Virus record (IMG/VR): IMGVR_UViG_3300032083_002615
Span: 5,452-69,451 of that record
Length of the DNA stretch: 64,000 nt
From: a virus
Reading direction: 5' to 3' (one strand)
Below the pieces are notes generated by a model, which saw nothing but the letters and a program-made list of their open reading frames with translations, searched no databases and was not told the DNA's origin. Positions within the stretch are counted from its first letter, which is position 1. Each line of letters opens with the position of its first letter. This document shows, piece after piece, positions 59,087 to 64,000 of this stretch. Made by a program: the position numbers and the translations under genes.

Positions 59087-60880
59087 ATGGCAGACGAAAA
59101 TATATTAACGAGATTAGGAAAATTATTCCAAAATCAAATCGTAGTTAGAAAAACAGACGATGGACAAGTAAAAGTCAAAGATGTCGAGTTTTCTCAAACT
59201 GCATTAACATCAAATTTTATTGATAGATACAATAGAATTAATTCAAGTGGATATGGTGGTTCATCATATCAAGCTAAACAAAATGCAAATGCATATGACG
59301 TGGCTCGAAAAGAGTTGTTTAGAGATTATGAATTAATGGATGCTGACCCAATCATATCATCTGCATTAGATATTTATTGTGATGAATCTACGGTTGATAA
59401 TATTGAAAACAGAATAATGAAAATCAAAACCGACAATCCAAAAGTCCATAAAATTTTACATAATCTGTTTTATGATATAATGAATATTGAATTTAATCTA
59501 TGGAGTTATATAAGAAATATGGCTAAATACGGTGATTTTTATTTACATTTAGATATATTGGATAAACACGGAGTTGTGAATGTAAAACCTCTTTCAGTAT
59601 ATGAAGTGAATAGATTAGAAGGGCATGACCCATCAAATCCTAAATTGGTTCAATTTGAAGTTCAACAATATTCAGAAACAAGAAGAAGTAATAAACCAAA
59701 TGATATTCACGAAAATTATGAAGTAGCTCACTTTAGAAATATGGCAGATACAAACTACCTACCTTACGGTAAATCAATGTTAGAGGGTGCAAGAAGAGTA
59801 TTTAAACAATTAACTCTTATGGAAGATGCTATGTTGATTCATAGAATGATGAGAGCACCAGAGAAAAGAATATTCAAAGTAGACATTGGAAACATTCCAC
59901 CGAATGAGGTTGATAACTTTATGCAACAAATCATTGGTAAGATGAAAAAAACACCTGTGATGAATGCAAATGGTGAATATAATTTGAAATACAATATGGA
60001 ATCCATTACAGAAGATTATTATTTACCTGTTCGTGGTGGTGATAGTGGAACGAATATTGATACTTTACCAGGTTTGGGTAATGATGGTGCGATTGAAGAT
60101 GTTGAGTATTTAAGAAACAAAATGATGGCAGCGTTGAAAATACCAAAAGCATTTTTAGGATATGATGAAAATGTAGGTTCAAAAGCTACATTGGCTGCTG
60201 AAGATGTAAGATTTGCAAGAACGATTGAAAGACTACAAAAAATCATTGTAGCAGAATTAGAAAAAATAGCTATCGTTCATTTATACACACAAGGATTTGA
60301 TGATGCAGAATTGATTAATTTTGAATTAGAATTAACAAATCCATCAATGATACATCAACAAGAGAAGTTAGAATTATTAACACAGAAAAAAGAAATCGCT
60401 AATGACTTGATTGAAAACAAATTATTTTCAAGACAATGGATATATGATAATATCTTTGAATTAAACGACCAAGAGAAAGTGGATGTATTCAATGGTGTGA
60501 TTGAAGATAGAAAACAAGCATTTAGAATGGAACAGATTGAAACTGAGGGAACAGACCCAGCCGAAGGTGGTGGTGAAGAACCAGATGGTGATGATGAGTT
60601 TGAAGAACAAGTCGGACAACATGGTGGTGATAGAAGAAGTGGAACTGGTAAGAAAGAATTTGGGAATGAATACTCAGCAAAAGACTTAAAAGATGCAACA
60701 AAATACGAAAGAGAACGATATGGAAAACGAGAGTTTAAAGGTAAATCACCATTAGCTATGGGTAAAGGTGGAACGATTGTTGCAAGAGAGGGATTGTTAA
60801 ATCAATTAAAAGATAAGTTTGGTAAAGATTTAGACAAATCAATCTTGAATGAAGAAATAATTATAGATGATGAAGAATAA
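59087..60880 (+). CDS. Portal protein (T4 gp20-like)
   Basis: QLTLMEDAMLIHRMMRAPEKRIFKVDIGN, EDYYLPVRGG..GT.IDTLPG, ALKIPKAFL. Confidence 0.95.
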   Translation: MADENILTRLGKLFQNQIVVRKTDDGQVKVKDVEFSQTALTSNFIDRYNRINSSGYGGSSYQAKQNANAYDVARKELFRDYELMDADPIISSALDIYCDESTVDNIENRIMKIKTDNPKVHKILHNLFYDIMNIEFNLWSYIRNMAKYGDFYLHLDILDKHGVVNVKPLSVYEVNRLEGHDPSNPKLVQFEVQQYSETRRSNKPNDIHENYEVAHFRNMADTNYLPYGKSMLEGARRVFKQLTLMEDAMLIHRMMRAPEKRIFKVDIGNIPPNEVDNFMQQIIGKMKKTPVMNANGEYNLKYNMESITEDYYLPVRGGDSGTNIDTLPGLGNDGAIEDVEYLRNKMMAALKIPKAFLGYDENVGSKATLAAEDVRFARTIERLQKIIVAELEKIAIVHLYTQGFDDAELINFELELTNPSMIHQQEKLELLTQKKEIANDLIENKLFSRQWIYDNIFELNDQEKVDVFNGVIEDRKQAFRMEQIETEGTDPAEGGGEEPDGDDEFEEQVGQHGGDRRSGTGKKEFGNEYSAKDLKDATKYERERYGKREFKGKSPLAMGKGGTIVAREGLLNQLKDKFGKDLDKSILNEEIIIDDEE

Positions 60881-60905
60881 AATTGACTTATTTAATAAAA
60901 ACATT

Positions 60906-60920
60906 ATATTTATATATGAA
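60906..60920 (+). promoter_or_regulatory. Putative late promoter ATATTTATATATGAA
   Basis: Exact motif copy upstream of the head operon. Confidence 0.75.
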
Positions 60921-60961
60921 TAATTACATATATAGTAGCCAATTAAAATGGGGACTCGACA

Positions 60962-61837
60962 ATGCGTAAAGTTAAACATAACAAAATCCGCAACACAGGG
61001 TTATTGTTTGAATTTTTGCTTAGGCAGATTACATCTGATGTGCTAAATGAAAACAATGGAACAGCGGTTAAGATTGTTAAAGAGAAATTTAATGAAAACA
61101 CAGAGTTAGGAAAGGAATTAGCCTTATACAACGTGTTAATAACAAAGAAATTTAAATCAGATTCAAAGGCTGATTACTTCATAAATGAAGTTATGAAAGC
61201 TAGAAATGATTTAAACAATTCGGTTCTAAGAAGAGAAAGATATAATTTAATAAAAGAGATTCAATCGAATTACAATCTTCAAAAATTTATGTCTTCTAAA
61301 GTTCCAAATTATAAAACTTACGCATCCATTTATACTTTATTTGAATATGATAAATCTTTATCACCAGACCAAAAAACTGAGTCTTTTTTTAATATAGTTG
61401 AACATGTTACGACAAATGATAATAGTATTAAATTATCAGAAACCGTAAGAACATTACCTGATGATGAAGATTTAAGAATTTTAACCTACAAAACTCTTTT
61501 AGAGAAATTCAATCAAAAATATACAAAATTAAGTGCAGCTCAAAAAAATCTATTGAGAGAGTATATTAACAATGTATCTAATACAAATTCTTTAAAAGAT
61601 ACTTTGAAAGAGATTGTAAAAGGATTGAAACAAGATTTAAAAAAACATTCTAAAAATCTTAAAGATGAAGTAGTGAAAATTAAAATGACAGAGGCTTTGA
61701 AATCAATTAATAAATTTTGTGGATTGAATGATAAATCTGATGTTGTTAAAGATGAATATGTTGTTCAAACAATGAGATATTTAGAACTATTAAAAGAGTT
61801 GAAGAAAAGTGGAAATAAAGACAAGAAAGTTATTTAA
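60962..61837 (+). CDS. Head-module protein between portal and protease (function unknown)
   Basis: KHNKIRNTGLLFEFLLRQIT; genomic position. Confidence 0.6.
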   Translation: MRKVKHNKIRNTGLLFEFLLRQITSDVLNENNGTAVKIVKEKFNENTELGKELALYNVLITKKFKSDSKADYFINEVMKARNDLNNSVLRRERYNLIKEIQSNYNLQKFMSSKVPNYKTYASIYTLFEYDKSLSPDQKTESFFNIVEHVTTNDNSIKLSETVRTLPDDEDLRILTYKTLLEKFNQKYTKLSAAQKNLLREYINNVSNTNSLKDTLKEIVKGLKQDLKKHSKNLKDEVVKIKMTEALKSINKFCGLNDKSDVVKDEYVVQTMRYLELLKELKKSGNKDKKVI

Positions 61838-62114
61838 GGAGTTAGTTAAAAAACTAACTATGGAACTCTTGGATGAAGAATCCTTAGAGGAAATATCAAC
61901 CACTGCTGGTGTAGATGGATACTCAACACCTTTTGCTTTTAGTTCAAAAGAAGATGAAAAGAAAAAGAAAAAAAGATTAAAAAAGAGCACTGGTTATAAA
62001 TTTGTAACAGAAGCTCTTGATAAAAAAGATTTAGAACAAATAAATAAATTAATTAGAGATGTCGTTGGTGATATATTAAGAGATATATGGTTGAAACGAA
62101 ACGCTTGGAAATAG
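61809..62114 (+). CDS. Small head-associated protein
   Basis: LEEISTTAGVDGYSTPFAF motif after an LxE junction. Confidence 0.6.
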   Translation: MEIKTRKLFKELVKKLTMELLDEESLEEISTTAGVDGYSTPFAFSSKEDEKKKKKRLKKSTGYKFVTEALDKKDLEQINKLIRDVVGDILRDIWLKRNAWK

Positions 62115-62124
62115 GAGATAATAA

Positions 62125-62559
62125 GTGGCTGAAGTAACATTAACATCAGGATATGGAACTGGTTTAACTGATAAACAAAAACTCGCTAGAGCTTGGGTAT
62201 TGAAACCAACTGTTTACAGTACTGAAACTGTCGCCGCAGGTAGGGGTGCAGGTGGTGCAACAATTTTATCACCAACAACCACAGTCTCTTTAGTAACCAC
62301 TGCTACTAATTCAACACATGTTTCATTAGGTAAAGGTGTTGAAGGACAATTAAAAATAATTATACATAAGACACTAAGTAATGGTGCTAGTTTAGTTATC
62401 ACACCTGAGGATGGGATTGGTGGCACTGATATTTTTGGAGCTGGTGTAACCTTAACTTCAGATTCAGCAGCTAGAGCTGTTCAATTATTATTCGATGGTG
62501 TGAATTGGCAAGTGGTTGGTGGTGAAATATCAGATGAAGCGGAAATGGTGATAGCATAA
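62125..62559 (+). CDS. Virion (decoration-like) protein, paralogue 1
   Basis: Beta-rich; LGKGVEGQLKIIIH...LLFDGVNWQV. Confidence 0.55.
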   Translation: MAEVTLTSGYGTGLTDKQKLARAWVLKPTVYSTETVAAGRGAGGATILSPTTTVSLVTTATNSTHVSLGKGVEGQLKIIIHKTLSNGASLVITPEDGIGGTDIFGAGVTLTSDSAARAVQLLFDGVNWQVVGGEISDEAEMVIA

Positions 62560-63014
62560 TGGCTACAAAACAAACATTAACATCAGGATATGGAACTGGT
62601 TTAACTGATAAACAGAAAAAAGCTTTAGGATTTGCATTAGACCCTGGAATTACTGATTCACAAAATGCTGGTGGTGGTACTGCAGAAGACATAGAGAGTG
62701 TACAGGCAACTCCATTAGATGAGGCACCTCTTCAATTATCTTTAAAGACCACAACATCATTAGTTATCTCTGCAGCTTTAAGTGGTGATTCACATGTAGC
62801 ATTGGGGGATGGGGTATTAGGACAAGTAAAAAGAATTATACATTTCACCAAAGTAGGTTCTAATGATTTGCAAATCAAACCAGATAATTTTGCAGCTGGT
62901 TCAAAACTAACATCAGATACAGCTAGAAGAAGTGTAACTTTAATGTGGGATGGAGATAATTGGCAAGTAATAGCAGGTGAGATAACAGGAACTGCAGAAT
63001 TTGTAATAGCATAG
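62559..63014 (+). CDS. Virion (decoration-like) protein, paralogue 2
   Basis: LGDGVLGQVKRIIH...LMWDGDNWQV; shares 42 identical nt near the N-terminus with paralogue 1. Confidence 0.55.
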   Translation: MATKQTLTSGYGTGLTDKQKKALGFALDPGITDSQNAGGGTAEDIESVQATPLDEAPLQLSLKTTTSLVISAALSGDSHVALGDGVLGQVKRIIHFTKVGSNDLQIKPDNFAAGSKLTSDTARRSVTLMWDGDNWQVIAGEITGTAEFVIA

Positions 63015-63023
63015 GAGACAAAA

Positions 63024-63644
63024 ATGTCAAAACAAGTAATAGTAGATTATATACCATTTGAGGTTTCCCCTCAACAAATAAATGAGTCAATTAATGAAAA
63101 CAATGGAAGACTTGTTGTTAAAGGTGTATTGCAAAGAGCAGAAGCTAAAAATCAAAACGGAAGAGTTTATCCAAAAGAAACCTTGATGAGAGAAGCTAAG
63201 AAATACCAAGAGATTCAAATAGCTGAAAGAAGAGCATTGGGTGAACTTGACCATCCTGATTCATCTGTTGTTAACTTGAACAATGTATCTCACAATGTAT
63301 TGGAAATGCATTGGAAAGACAATGACTTGGTTGGAACGGTTGAAGTATTGGGAACACCAGCTGGAAACATCTTAAAAGAATTATTTAAATCAGGTATTAA
63401 ACTTGGTATATCATCAAGAGGATTAGGTTCTGTTAAAGAAATGAATGAAAATGACACAGTTGAGGTTCAACCAGACTTTGAATTGATTGCATTTGACTTT
63501 GTATCCAATCCATCCACACATGGAGCATTTTTATCACCAACAAATGAAGGTAAATTAAATGAAGGTGTTGGTACAAGAGATGGTGTGTGTTGTCATGATT
63601 GTAAAATTGAAAACATAATCAACGATATATTCAGAGGAGAATAG
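63024..63644 (+). CDS. Prohead core protease (T4 gp21-like)
   Basis: NQNGRVYP, ALGELDHP, VSH, TPAG, LGISSRGLGS, DFVSNPST. Confidence 0.95.
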   Translation: MSKQVIVDYIPFEVSPQQINESINENNGRLVVKGVLQRAEAKNQNGRVYPKETLMREAKKYQEIQIAERRALGELDHPDSSVVNLNNVSHNVLEMHWKDNDLVGTVEVLGTPAGNILKELFKSGIKLGISSRGLGSVKEMNENDTVEVQPDFELIAFDFVSNPSTHGAFLSPTNEGKLNEGVGTRDGVCCHDCKIENIINDIFRGE

Positions 63645-63645
63645 A

Positions 63646-63951
63646 ATGGATTATAAATCTTTAATGGGATATGGTGATAAGAAAAAAGAATCAAAACCTA
63701 AACAGAATAAAATCGTTGAAGAGTTAAAACAAGAATTTAATATCAATGAAGGTCCTGCTTACGAGTATAAAAAACATTCTAAAAAAATAGACAAATCTCT
63801 AAAAGACTTACAGAAAAATTATTTAGACTTTTATGAGGTTTTAAGAAAAAAAGGTTTGAATGATGAGGCTTCGGACTTTTTGGATAATTATAAAAAGAAT
63901 GTGGTTGGATTTACTAAAAAGTATAAAAAAGATTTTGGGAAGTTAATGTAA
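63646..63951 (+). CDS. Hypothetical head-associated protein
   Basis: GAGGAG SD; INE junction. Confidence 0.6.
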   Translation: MDYKSLMGYGDKKKESKPKQNKIVEELKQEFNINEGPAYEYKKHSKKIDKSLKDLQKNYLDFYEVLRKKGLNDEASDFLDNYKKNVVGFTKKYKKDFGKLM

Positions 63952-64000
63952 TGCCAGCATCATCAAAAGCCCAACAAAGGTTTTTTGGTGTTGTGAAAGC
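63951..64000 (+). CDS. 5' end of a gene (MPASSKAQQRFFGVVK...), DUF3008-like start
   Basis: TAATG overlap; resembles the MPAKSKAQQ N-terminus; truncated by the window edge. Confidence 0.5.
   Translation, partial: MPASSKAQQRFFGVVK

Noticed and set aside
1-64000. Genome-wide stop-codon reassignment (code 4, 15 or 25)
   Set aside because: Long genes are intact in code 11; TAG and TGA both terminate genes at tight junctions, and Trp is TGG. Only the TGA at 50314 looks recoded.
1-64000. tRNA (including tRNA-Sec), rRNA, introns or inteins
   Set aside because: Intergenic gaps are short and AT-rich with no cloverleaf seen; terminase, primase and portal have ordinary lengths and no intein motifs. 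A tRNAscan/Infernal run would be needed to exclude them formally.

Overview
AT-rich (visually about 30% GC) 64 kb segment of a large tailed bacteriophage with T4-like (myovirus-type) head and baseplate genes, almost all on the + strand. It carries a DUF4338/DruA-like gene, an HD hydrolase, a gp55-like late sigma factor, a long baseplate/tail module (gp5-, gp25- and gp6-like genes plus very large virion proteins), and a RuvC, primase and fused Mre11-Rad50 (gp47-gp46) block. These are followed by two repeat-rich tail fibres, an accessory region, a probable holin/spanin cluster, and terminase, portal and prohead protease. The most notable locus is 46111-50602. There, a six-gene cell-envelope operon (MscS-like protein, outer-membrane beta-barrel, MshEN c-di-GMP-receptor-like membrane protein, Cys-free thioredoxin, Cys-rich lipoprotein, second beta-barrel) is translationally coupled to a candidate phage selenoprotein. 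That gene has an in-frame TGA at 50314 in H-N-U-A-T-H followed by an fdhF-like SECIS hairpin, and it overlaps a 20-aa, 8-Cys metallothionein-like ORF. The supplied ORF track truncates the first and misses the second. Two promoter classes, an unannotated minus-strand ribbon-helix-helix regulator and a family of probable capsid-targeted proteins are also visible. All family assignments come from motif recognition by eye; no searches were run.
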